A stretch of 64,000 bases of DNA from a virus: the IMG/VR virus record IMGVR_UViG_3300019889_000009, positions 7,799 through 71,798 of that record; one strand, given 5' to 3'. A program made the translations under genes and the position numbers. Below the pieces are notes generated by a model. The model worked only from the letters and a program-made list of their open reading frames with translations. It was not told the origin of the DNA and searched no databases. Positions 29,734-37,459 of the stretch are shown here, one piece after another. Within the stretch, counting starts at the first letter, position 1, and the number at the start of each line of letters is the position of its first letter.

Positions 29734-29797
29734 GTCGAAACTCCCTACCAAGGGAGTCTTGCATGATTGGTCCCATGCAACTGATGATGACAGACCA
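29734..29797 (+). ncRNA. Type II hammerhead ribozyme, copy 8 (cut after 29758); identical to copy 5
   Basis: Same sequence as 28149-28211. Confidence 0.92.
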
Positions 29798-29813
29798 CGA
29801 AAGAGAAAACGAA

Positions 29814-30266
29814 ATGTCAAAAGCACCAAGAGCTGGTTCAAGCAAGGCCGCGGTCTATACCGTGTTCCATGCTGAGGGTCTAGCTGCTGCGATCAAGAAA
29901 GCAGTTGCGCTAGGTCTCAAAGAAAGCACAGCTAAATCATGGGCTGGAGGCTGGGCGCGGAGTCCGGAACAGGAAGTGACTCCTGTCAAGGTCAAGCGCG
30001 TCAAGCTCCCGAAAGCATCCCTTGATCAATTGGAGGACGACGGCACCGGACCCGCGTCAGTTGGCTATAAGGGTCAGTTGATCAGGAGGCGCATGCGCGT
30101 CGTCGAAGTCGGAGTCGGCAAAAACCGTGCCGGCCGCATCATGGAGTTGGGAGGTCAGGTATCCATTGTGAAATGGGAAACCGAAGCACTCCCGACGCCG
30201 CAGGCTATCAGCAATAAAAACCTCGCACCTTACGACACGTTCAAGACTGAAAGGGTACGGATATGA
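29814..30266 (+). CDS. Hypothetical protein; N-domain paralogous to 24456..24770
   Basis: RAGSSKAAVYTVFHAEGLAAAIKKAVALGLKESTAKSW. Confidence 0.6.
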   Translation: MSKAPRAGSSKAAVYTVFHAEGLAAAIKKAVALGLKESTAKSWAGGWARSPEQEVTPVKVKRVKLPKASLDQLEDDGTGPASVGYKGQLIRRRMRVVEVGVGKNRAGRIMELGGQVSIVKWETEALPTPQAISNKNLAPYDTFKTERVRI

Positions 30267-30466
30267 CGGGTCTACACAAGAAGACAATCGCGTTTGACTG
30301 CAACCTACGTCAACGTGCGTTGGAGATCGAGCGCATCGCATGTCGCGATTACCTCGATGATAACGCCGACGTCGCAGACATCGCACTCGATGAATTGCAC
30401 ATTGACTCCGATCGATCGGATCAAGCCATTGCGCGGGTTTGTTCAATGCGCATTGCGTACCCATAG
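30263..30466 (+). CDS. Small hypothetical protein
   Basis: ATGA overlap; TAG overlaps ribozyme 9. Confidence 0.55.
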   Translation: MTGLHKKTIAFDCNLRQRALEIERIACRDYLDDNADVADIALDELHIDSDRSDQAIARVCSMRIAYP

Positions 30467-30527
30467 TCGAAACGGCCCACGGGCCGTCTGCGAGGAGTGA
30501 GCACCTCGCACTGATGATGACAGCTCA
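30466..30527 (+). ncRNA. Type II hammerhead ribozyme, copy 9 (cut after 30488)
   Basis: GTC-GAAA-CGGCC(CACG)GGCCG-TC-TGCGAGG(AGTGAGCA)CCTCGCA-CTGATGA-T-GAC; TGAGC pairs with GCTCA. Confidence 0.92.
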
Positions 30528-30545
30528 TAATGTTGGAGAACGACA

Positions 30546-30719
30546 ATGGCTAAAGCACCAGCGACCGACGCGATCAAGGTCGCAATGACGCACACCAAGG
30601 ACACCAAGGGGACGTTCGTGTTTTCTAGCGATGATCCTGATGCTGCGGTGACGCAGTTATACGTTCGCCGTTCGGCAATGAAGACTCCGCGCGAAACGAT
30701 CACCTTGACGATTGAGTAG
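30546..30719 (+). CDS. 57-aa hypothetical protein (not in ORF track)
   Basis: GGAG RBS; MAKAPATDAIKVAMTHTKDTKGTFVF... Confidence 0.6.
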   Translation: MAKAPATDAIKVAMTHTKDTKGTFVFSSDDPDAAVTQLYVRRSAMKTPRETITLTIE

Positions 30720-30728
30720 GAGGAGTGG

Positions 30729-31037
30729 TTGGCGAAGTATCGAGGCGACTATTACACCATTACGCTCGATGAGCGTGAGTTAGGTGGTGACATGACAACC
30801 CTTGCCGCATTTGATGATTGGCGTGAAGCGCAAGCGGCGTGGGAAGCGATGCCTGAACCTGAACAGGGTTGCATTTGGTTTGGTAAATGCAACCATATAG
30901 ACAAAAGCTACAGCGAAGCGATCTCGTGCAAGGGGCCAGACAAAGACCCGTTGTTTGAGCAATGGGTCCAGGCGATCGATGAGTTGATAGAAGAGGGCTC
31001 TATTAAAGTGCGCGGTAAAAAAGCGACACGACACTAG
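30729..31037 (+). CDS. Hypothetical protein
   Basis: AGGAGGAG RBS, TTG start; TAG overlaps ribozyme 10. Confidence 0.55.
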   Translation: MAKYRGDYYTITLDERELGGDMTTLAAFDDWREAQAAWEAMPEPEQGCIWFGKCNHIDKSYSEAISCKGPDKDPLFEQWVQAIDELIEEGSIKVRGKKATRH

Positions 31038-31100
31038 TCGAAACTCCCCTACGGGGGAGTCTGCGAGGAGCGGCTCTCCTCGTACTGATGATGACAAGCC
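31037..31100 (+). ncRNA. Type II hammerhead ribozyme, copy 10 (cut after 31061)
   Basis: GTC-GAAA-CTCCCC(TACG)GGGGAG-TC-TGCGAGG(AGCGGCTCT)CCTCGTA-CTGATGA-T-GAC; GGCT pairs with AGCC. Confidence 0.9.
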
Positions 31101-31114
31101 AACGGAGAACTACA

Positions 31115-31420
31115 ATGAAACGGTTACTGATTACAGCCGCATTGATCACACTCACGACCTCCGCGTTTGCGGACTCGTATGTGTCAACGTCGAACTGTGG
31201 GCACTCGCGTGTCTACGGGTACAGTAAATGCAGCAACACAGTCACTTATGTTCCTGATCGCGACCGCAACCTCGAGCAAGAACGGCTCGACGCACTAGCG
31301 ATTGCAAAGGAGGACGCAAAGTGGGAAGCGTTTTGCAAGCCGTCGCGTTATGTCGACTCTTTCGGCATGACCAGGATGCATTTTGCACAAACTGGCTGTG
31401 AGTTTGGGAGGAGCGAATGA
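31115..31420 (+). CDS. Secreted protein with Sec signal peptide
   Basis: MKRLLITAALITLTTSAFA; GGAG RBS; four Cys. Confidence 0.65.
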   Translation: MKRLLITAALITLTTSAFADSYVSTSNCGHSRVYGYSKCSNTVTYVPDRDRNLEQERLDALAIAKEDAKWEAFCKPSRYVDSFGMTRMHFAQTGCEFGRSE

Positions 31421-31599
31421 GATCGAAGTTGTCATGCCCCTGCGGGTCGGGCTTAGACTCGCAATGGCAGTTTGATGCGCGCGGTATCGAATTGTGCCGC
31501 ACGTGTCGCAAGTGTAATGACACCAAGATGTCGGGGTATCGTCGCGACGTGTTGACGAACTCCAATTATCAATGCGACGAACCAATTGAGGAGGATTAA
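31417..31599 (+). CDS. Small zinc-finger-like protein
   Basis: CPCGSG...CRTCRKC; GGAGG RBS. Confidence 0.6.
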   Translation: MRSKLSCPCGSGLDSQWQFDARGIELCRTCRKCNDTKMSGYRRDVLTNSNYQCDEPIEED

Positions 31600-31605
31600 A
31601 TCACA

Positions 31606-31776
31606 ATGGCACAGATCAGAGTCACCCTACGCGGGCAAGGCGGTGAGTTGGATTCCCGGGTCATCAATCCGTCTGAAGATGCATTTGAGGCGGAGGTTCG
31701 TCACGCGGTGATGGATATTGTCCTCAATTGCGTGCTTGCCGCAGGCGATAGCATCACGATCGAAGAAATGGATTAA
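31606..31776 (+). CDS. 56-aa hypothetical protein (not in ORF track)
   Basis: GAGGA RBS; MAQIRVTLRGQGGELD...; stop 2 nt before ribozyme 11. Confidence 0.55.
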   Translation: MAQIRVTLRGQGGELDSRVINPSEDAFEAEVRHAVMDIVLNCVLAAGDSITIEEMD

Positions 31777-31778
31777 AT

Positions 31779-31843
31779 GTCGAAACCCCCTATCAAGGGG
31801 GTCTGCCGCAATTGAGCACGCGGCACTGATGATGACGGCTCAA
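31779..31843 (+). ncRNA. Type II hammerhead ribozyme, copy 11 (cut after 31803)
   Basis: GTC-GAAA-CCCCC(TATCAA)GGGGG-TC-TGCCGC(AATTGAGCAC)GCGGCA-CTGATGA-T-GAC; TTGAGC pairs with GCTCAA. Confidence 0.92.
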
Positions 31844-31857
31844 AGGAGAAAGAAACT

Positions 31858-32841
31858 ATGGCACATAAAGTAGAGAGTATGGCGTATGCGGGACAAGTTC
31901 CTTGGCATGGGCTCGGCGTCAACGTCGATCACAAGCAAACTCCCGCGCAAATGATGAAGGCGTCAAAGACCGATTGGAAGGTCTCGAAGCGCCAACTTCA
32001 TTACCCCGACACTGCAGGCAAGCTTATTCCTGCCGATGGGGAGTTCGCTATCGTTCGTGATACGGACGACAAACTTCTGACGACGGTCGGCGCCACATAT
32101 ATGCCGGTCCAGAACGAGGAGATTTTTGATTTCTTCAAGAAGTTTACGACGGCCGGCAAAATGACAATGGAGACTGCGGGCTCCCTGTCGGACGGTCAAT
32201 ACATTTGGGCCCTTGCTCGTCTCGGCAAGGACTTCAAAGTCGGCAACGGCAAAGGAGGCGACGAGGTCAGACCGTATCTCCTGATCATGTCACCTCATGT
32301 TCATGGCAAAGCCTTGATCATGCAGTACACACCCATTCGTGTGGTCTGCTGGAACACGTTGTCGATGGCTCTCGGTTCCGACCTCAAAGGAAAGAGGGGC
32401 GAGGGCTTCAAGATGGCACACTCACAGAAGTGGGATGCCAAGAGTGGTGAAGCGGAAATTGCATTGAACCTCGCGATGGTACAGACCGAGGAGTTCAAGG
32501 ATTGCGCGCAACACCTCGCGAAGAAGAAAGCGACCAAGGACACGGTTGACAAGTACTTCCTGTCGATCCTTACAAACCCTGGCAAAAAGATCGAAGGCAC
32601 CGAGGAGTCCAAGAAGACTCCGACATTGCTTCCGAAGTTTCGTGCCGCGTTGGAGCGAGCTCCGGGTGCGACGATGCCATCTGCGCAAGGCACCTGGTGG
32701 GGTGCGTTGAATGCAGTCACCTATGTTATCGACCACGAAGTTGGCAAAGATCGCCAAACTGCGTTGCGAGGAGCATGGGTCGGCAATCACCAGAAGACGA
32801 AGCTGCGAGCGCTTCAGCTGGCGATTGAAGGAGCGAAGTAA
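31858..32841 (+). CDS. DUF932-family phage/plasmid protein
   Basis: MAHKVESMAYAGQVPWHGLG, YMPVQN, ETAGSL, TPIRVVCWNTL, GTWWGALNAVT. Confidence 0.85.
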   Translation: MAHKVESMAYAGQVPWHGLGVNVDHKQTPAQMMKASKTDWKVSKRQLHYPDTAGKLIPADGEFAIVRDTDDKLLTTVGATYMPVQNEEIFDFFKKFTTAGKMTMETAGSLSDGQYIWALARLGKDFKVGNGKGGDEVRPYLLIMSPHVHGKALIMQYTPIRVVCWNTLSMALGSDLKGKRGEGFKMAHSQKWDAKSGEAEIALNLAMVQTEEFKDCAQHLAKKKATKDTVDKYFLSILTNPGKKIEGTEESKKTPTLLPKFRAALERAPGATMPSAQGTWWGALNAVTYVIDHEVGKDRQTALRGAWVGNHQKTKLRALQLAIEGAK

Positions 32842-32880
32842 ACTACACCTGATGATGTAAACAGTAACGGAGTAAAGAGA

Positions 32881-33297
32881 ATGCCTAAACCAATGACCAT
32901 GACAATCGAAGTCGAGGAGATCGCCTTCGGTCGCGTGTGGAGAACCCTTGATCAAATGCAGGGGGTGATAACGTTGAAGATGCACGGCACCGGGCCCAAG
33001 CCTAATAAGGGGTCCCCTGTAGCGCGTGCGTCGTCAAAGAAGGGGGACACGGTTACGTGCGTCGTCCTCAAGGCTCTGGCTCATGGTAAGCCGGAAAACA
33101 AAGCAGCATTGATTGATGCTGTGGTTGCTGCGGGTAAGGCGGCGACGTCATTTCCCGACTCGATCAGTAAACTGAAGAAAGCGAAGCACATTACCAACCC
33201 ATCGTCGGGGGTATTTAAGATCACCGTCGCGGGCGCTAAGTATCTCTCAACTGTCTGCAACGGTGCACCGAAACAGGAGTCCAAGTCCAATGGCTAA
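32881..33297 (+). CDS. Putative winged-helix DNA-binding protein
   Basis: GGAG RBS; basic C-terminal wHTH-like segment. Confidence 0.5.
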   Translation: MPKPMTMTIEVEEIAFGRVWRTLDQMQGVITLKMHGTGPKPNKGSPVARASSKKGDTVTCVVLKALAHGKPENKAALIDAVVAAGKAATSFPDSISKLKKAKHITNPSSGVFKITVAGAKYLSTVCNGAPKQESKSNG

Positions 33298-33643
33298 ATC
33301 GTCATTCATTCGACCATATCACTATATCGATAAAAATCCTGTTATCGATAAAGTCCGAACGATGCTGCAAGATGTCGGTCTGATCAACAAGCTTGGTATC
33401 GTTGCAAACCTCTCGACAATGAACAAAGCAACATTCGAGGGGTGGTTTGACGGCGACGTGAAAGACCCACGTCACTCGTCAATCGCACGCGTGACGGAAT
33501 CTGTCGGCTATGAACTGACGCTGCGCAAGCAGCGTACGATCAAGTTGGACGAGGAGTTGGCCGCCGCTAAGGAGTGGCGTGCGGAGCAACGCAAAAAGGC
33601 GAACGGCAAAAAGAAGCCTGCTGCGAAGAAGAAAAAGAAATAA
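33290..33643 (+). CDS. XRE-like HTH protein with Lys-rich tail
   Basis: VANLSTMNKATFEGWFDGDVKDPRHSSIARV; AGGAG RBS; TAA abuts ribozyme 12. Confidence 0.6.
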   Translation: MAKSSFIRPYHYIDKNPVIDKVRTMLQDVGLINKLGIVANLSTMNKATFEGWFDGDVKDPRHSSIARVTESVGYELTLRKQRTIKLDEELAAAKEWRAEQRKKANGKKKPAAKKKKK

Positions 33644-33708
33644 GTCGAAACGGGCCTACGGGCCCGTCTGTCACGATTGATCACGTGGCACTGATGATGA
33701 CAGATCAA
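33644..33708 (+). ncRNA. Type II hammerhead ribozyme, copy 12 (cut after 33668)
   Basis: GTC-GAAA-CGGGCC(TACG)GGCCCG-TC-TGTCACG(ATTGATCA)CGTGGCA-CTGATGA-T-GAC; TTGATC pairs with GATCAA. Confidence 0.92.
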
Positions 33709-33719
33709 GGAGAAGTAAC

Positions 33720-33983
33720 ATGACGACATTGAGTCATAAGAATTTGACCGCTCATAACTTTTTGACCGATCAAGGTGCTTGCGTCCATCTGCACCACGAA
33801 GCTGAGCACGGTGGTGACGCGGAGAACGGTCCCGGCAAGGTATTTCCGGCGTGGGACGAGTACGATAGCGAGTCGCATTTTATTGTGATCGATGATAGCG
33901 GCCTGATCGTGCACACTGAAATGATTGATTGGGATTTACTTGCTTGGCTTGAGGATCGAGAGTGGGAGGCTGATCATGGCTAA
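33720..33983 (+). CDS. Small acidic hypothetical protein
   Basis: AAGGAG RBS directly after ribozyme 12. Confidence 0.6.
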   Translation: MTTLSHKNLTAHNFLTDQGACVHLHHEAEHGGDAENGPGKVFPAWDEYDSESHFIVIDDSGLIVHTEMIDWDLLAWLEDREWEADHG

Positions 33984-34371
33984 CCGAGTTATCGTTACCC
34001 TGCAGTTCGACGTGAACGCACATGGTAATAAGCAATGGTTCAACGTGTTCAACGAGCATGCGGTGGACCTTTTGAAGCATGCTAACGAAATGCCCGGTCT
34101 CGGACTGCTAGTCAATGCGACAAGTACGCGGGCAAGTGGAGTTGGAGATGTGCGACGGTTGAACGTGAACGTAAGGGGAGTGCCCACTGCGGGTGCTCCC
34201 AAGATATTCACGTTTTGCGCTGACTGCCCAAACACGTCGTGGTGCCGAACACAAGGGCATTGCGAACGTGCAGCTCTAATGCGGTTGCGTGATGCCAACC
34301 ACGCTCGCGCTTATGGTAACCAAGACCCCCCTCGCAAGAAAAAGGTCGTCAAGAAGAAGAGGGTCAAATGA
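33976..34371 (+). CDS. Hypothetical protein with C-terminal Cys cluster
   Basis: GGAGG RBS; CADCPNTSWCRTQGHC. Confidence 0.55.
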   Translation: MANRVIVTLQFDVNAHGNKQWFNVFNEHAVDLLKHANEMPGLGLLVNATSTRASGVGDVRRLNVNVRGVPTAGAPKIFTFCADCPNTSWCRTQGHCERAALMRLRDANHARAYGNQDPPRKKKVVKKKRVK

Positions 34372-34562
34372 TCACGATACAGAAAGCACGCGCTCGCACT
34401 CCGATCATTCGCGGTCAGCTATCGTCTTACGGGGGCCGCATGGATGATGGGAAGTGGAAGCATACGTTCACGGTCGCCGATGCTAGCGGTCAGCACGTCG
34501 AAGTGTTGATTGACGGCGACACTTTTATCGAACTCTTGCAAGGTTGGGAGACCAGAAAGTGA
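34368..34562 (+). CDS. Small hypothetical protein
   Basis: ATGA overlap. Confidence 0.5.
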   Translation: MITIQKARARTPIIRGQLSSYGGRMDDGKWKHTFTVADASGQHVEVLIDGDTFIELLQGWETRK

Positions 34563-35680
34563 CTGATTTAGCAAACGAGCTGATCCGCGCGACGTGGCGC
34601 AACCCGAAGAAAGCGTGGAAGCTTTCAACAATGCAACCGCGTCCCCTGCATGTGATACGCCACGCAGTTGCGAACGCAAAGCGGTTCATGCTTGACAGTG
34701 CGATGAGCGGGTTCCTTGCGGAGCTCTCTACTATACCATTCTTGGTGTCGGAAGAGAGGAGGCACGACGTGCTAGACTCTTTGCGGCACTCCTCGGTCTT
34801 GCCGTTCCCCAAGATGTTTGTTCAGTTTGACGGACTAGCATTTCGTAGGAGCTTACTACACGTCAAAGGCGGGCAAGGGGGTCGTGATTTTCATGGCAAC
34901 AAATTGCTGCCTCCAGAACAGGGGGTGGTGCCTGAAATAGGATGGCTGATCGAGCAGCAGCCAAATGGCTCGATCATGATGACGGAGTTTTTTGAAGTGG
35001 AAGACGATATCGTCACCCTACCATTCGCGTTTTTGTATCGTACAGATGATGTAGAGTTGCGCGATACCGACACGATCAGCGTACTTGCTGGTGCATTCGC
35101 ACATGGGATCAGCGGTGTGTACGCTCCGTCAATTGCGATACAGTACGGTCAACCTCTTAAGCAGTATCCGCCAGATCAAATGACGCTGGTTGAAGATGAC
35201 ACAGTCGTTCCATCTAAACACTATGCGGTGCATTATCTTGTACCCGAATATGGCGGAGTCCTTCGGTACTTGTTCGCATTCCTCGCGACGTTGAACAACG
35301 TTCCGAAGATTGCAACGGAGGTGCGCCCACAAAAAAGTTATATGGGTGGCGGTCAAGTTCGTAAGTATCTTGATCATACGGTGTTGAAGTTGAGCCTGCC
35401 TGCACGTCAAACGACAACGCAGTTGGCTAAGCGGTTGATCGCGCATGCTCGCAGGGGTTGGCATTTAGTACGCCCACACTGGCGCGTTATGCACGAACGA
35501 TTAGGTGGCAACTATTGTGCAACGCGCGAAGCGCATATTTGGGGGGTCATCGACACGACGGGACATGCGACGTGCAAACAATGCGACGCACGCCGCATAT
35601 GGATCACACTACCGCATGGCCGAGGAGATCCCACGATATCAGTTCGAACCCATGAGTACTCTGTTACGCACCCAGTATGA
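34559..35680 (+). CDS. Hypothetical phage protein (HLVRPHWR motif)
   Basis: GTGA overlap; about 370 aa. Confidence 0.6.
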   Translation: MTDLANELIRATWRNPKKAWKLSTMQPRPLHVIRHAVANAKRFMLDSAMSGFLAELSTIPFLVSEERRHDVLDSLRHSSVLPFPKMFVQFDGLAFRRSLLHVKGGQGGRDFHGNKLLPPEQGVVPEIGWLIEQQPNGSIMMTEFFEVEDDIVTLPFAFLYRTDDVELRDTDTISVLAGAFAHGISGVYAPSIAIQYGQPLKQYPPDQMTLVEDDTVVPSKHYAVHYLVPEYGGVLRYLFAFLATLNNVPKIATEVRPQKSYMGGGQVRKYLDHTVLKLSLPARQTTTQLAKRLIAHARRGWHLVRPHWRVMHERLGGNYCATREAHIWGVIDTTGHATCKQCDARRIWITLPHGRGDPTISVRTHEYSVTHPV

Positions 35681-35698
35681 TTGTGCAGGAGTATCAGC

Positions 35699-36697
35699 AT
35701 GTCGTTTGAATGGCGATCGTTTCTCGACTCGTATAACGTCAAGTATGTGACCTCGGGGCCAAACGTGTCCCGGGGTCACGTCGCGGTGCACTGCCCGTTC
35801 TGCGGGAGTGCCGATCCCTCGCAGCATATGTCGATCAATCTTGCGGGACAGGGCTGGCGCTGCTTCCGCAATACGTCACACCGGGGTAAGCACCCGGCAT
35901 ACCTGATCGCGAGACTACTGAACACGTCGACGGAGCGCGCGTCGCAAATCGTCGGCGACTCCGTATTCATTCCTGAGGACTTCATGGGCGCGGTTATGGG
36001 CAAGCTCACACCCAAAGTGATCGAACCCCGCAAGACACCCCTGTTGATGCCGGAGGAGTTCAAGCCGATCGGTGACAAACCATCATGTCGTCACGCGGTG
36101 AACTACCTGACAGGTCCGACCCGCATGTTCACTTATGACCAAGTCATGGGCATGACCGATCGATACGGTCTGAAGTTCGCAGTGCGCGGCCCGTTCACGG
36201 GTCGCATCATTTTTCCCGTCGAGTTCGAGGGTGATCTCGTCACGTGGACAGGGCGCACGATATACTCGCAAGAGGAGTTGCGCTATCGCACGTTGAGCGC
36301 AGACCCCGAACTTGAGGATGATCCAGCAATTGGTCCAGTCAATGATTATCTATTGTGGTATGACGACATTCGCGACAATGTAAACGATGCTGATGTCCTG
36401 GTGTTGTGCGAGGGGCCTTTTGACGCGCTCAAGGTGCGAGTGCTCGGCCGTCGTCACGGCATCGAGGCGACGTGTTTCTTTACGGCGGCCCCCTCCAGTC
36501 GTCAGATCGATCTCCTGCACGACGTTGTCCACAGATATCCACAACGGTACTTGCTGCTCGATCGCGGTACCTTGGGCACTGCAATGAGGGCGCAGGGGGA
36601 CATGTCGTCGCTTGAAATGCGTGTTTTATCATTGCCTTCGGATGTCAAGGATCCTGGCACGCTCACAGAACGACAACTGCTCGAAACAATCCCTTGA
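35699..36697 (+). CDS. DNA primase (zinc finger + TOPRIM)
   Basis: CPFC...WRCF, RIIFP, WTGR, LCEGPFD, LLDR, VKDPG. Confidence 0.88.
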   Translation: MSFEWRSFLDSYNVKYVTSGPNVSRGHVAVHCPFCGSADPSQHMSINLAGQGWRCFRNTSHRGKHPAYLIARLLNTSTERASQIVGDSVFIPEDFMGAVMGKLTPKVIEPRKTPLLMPEEFKPIGDKPSCRHAVNYLTGPTRMFTYDQVMGMTDRYGLKFAVRGPFTGRIIFPVEFEGDLVTWTGRTIYSQEELRYRTLSADPELEDDPAIGPVNDYLLWYDDIRDNVNDADVLVLCEGPFDALKVRVLGRRHGIEATCFFTAAPSSRQIDLLHDVVHRYPQRYLLLDRGTLGTAMRAQGDMSSLEMRVLSLPSDVKDPGTLTERQLLETIP

Positions 36698-36878
36698 TCA
36701 GTTGAATTTCTAGGAGCATTGTCGGGTATCGCACAGAACACGGTTGCAGTAGCGCGAACTGCAAGGGCACTTGGGTCTCAATTCTCCCCCGGTGCCCAAG
36801 TCATCAGCGGAGCCAAGGGTCCCGTTCGCGCAACCCGAATTTATTTTTTTTCAATCAAGAAAAGACGGGGACCAGCAT

Positions 36879-37421
36879 ATGGACATGGATCGCGGAGTTA
36901 GGGGGTATCTTGTCAACACTTCACGTGAAAACTTCTGGCGTGTCGCGGGGTGGTACGACTTCGACGACATGATACAGGATGGCTGCTGGATGTGGCAGCG
37001 ACTCGTTATCAAGTATCCAAATGTCACACCGAAACATCGCATGGCGCTTTTCAAAACCGCCTTCACAAATCACATTCACGACCTGTCGAAGAAGCGCAGC
37101 CGCAACGAGTTTGTGGTCAATGAGTCTGACCTTGGTGCTGAAATGCATGAGGTCGAGTCTCTCATGTTCTCCGAACTCCCAGACACGTCGCTGATTGTGT
37201 CGAGACTCCCCCCGCTCTTGCGGGCACTCATTCACGCAATTCAAAACGACCCCCGCGCACGATCAGAGAACTACCGTCTGCATCGTGACGACACCCGCGA
37301 AACAACCAACGAGCGGTTGTGTCGTATCGTTGGCGTTGACCCCACGTCGATTGATTTGCTGGGCACCCTGCGCCAGTATCTGAGAGGGGAAGCACCCGGT
37401 CTAACAAACTCCGCAGTATGA
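36879..37421 (+). CDS. Sigma-factor-like protein (region 2-like)
   Basis: YDFDDMIQDG...ALFKTAFTNHIHDLSKK. Confidence 0.5.
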   Translation: MDMDRGVRGYLVNTSRENFWRVAGWYDFDDMIQDGCWMWQRLVIKYPNVTPKHRMALFKTAFTNHIHDLSKKRSRNEFVVNESDLGAEMHEVESLMFSELPDTSLIVSRLPPLLRALIHAIQNDPRARSENYRLHRDDTRETTNERLCRIVGVDPTSIDLLGTLRQYLRGEAPGLTNSAV

Positions 37422-37459
37422 TTGTGTGACGACACACTCAAACTGACTCGGGAGTTCTC

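Noticed and set aside
28178-29813. ORF-track starts such as MIGPMQLMMTD (28178, 29763), MMIDQ (27330) and MMTSQ (31088)
   Set aside because: These starts fall inside ribozyme sequence; RBS-supported starts lie downstream
27078-33701. Box C/D-like motif (TGATGA, CTGA) or terminator reading of the repeats
   Set aside because: TGATGA is part of the CUGAUGA core with GAAA and GUC correctly placed; there are no U-tracts after the hairpins
27011-33708. CRISPR array or integron attC interpretation of the repeats
   Set aside because: Spacers are whole genes of 130-1800 nt, the repeats vary with compensatory changes, no cas or integrase gene is present, and the conserved bases match the hammerhead core
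36780-36810. Minus-strand CTGATGA followed by a stem as another hammerhead
   Set aside because: No GAAA after the candidate stem II and no stem III or cleavage triplet
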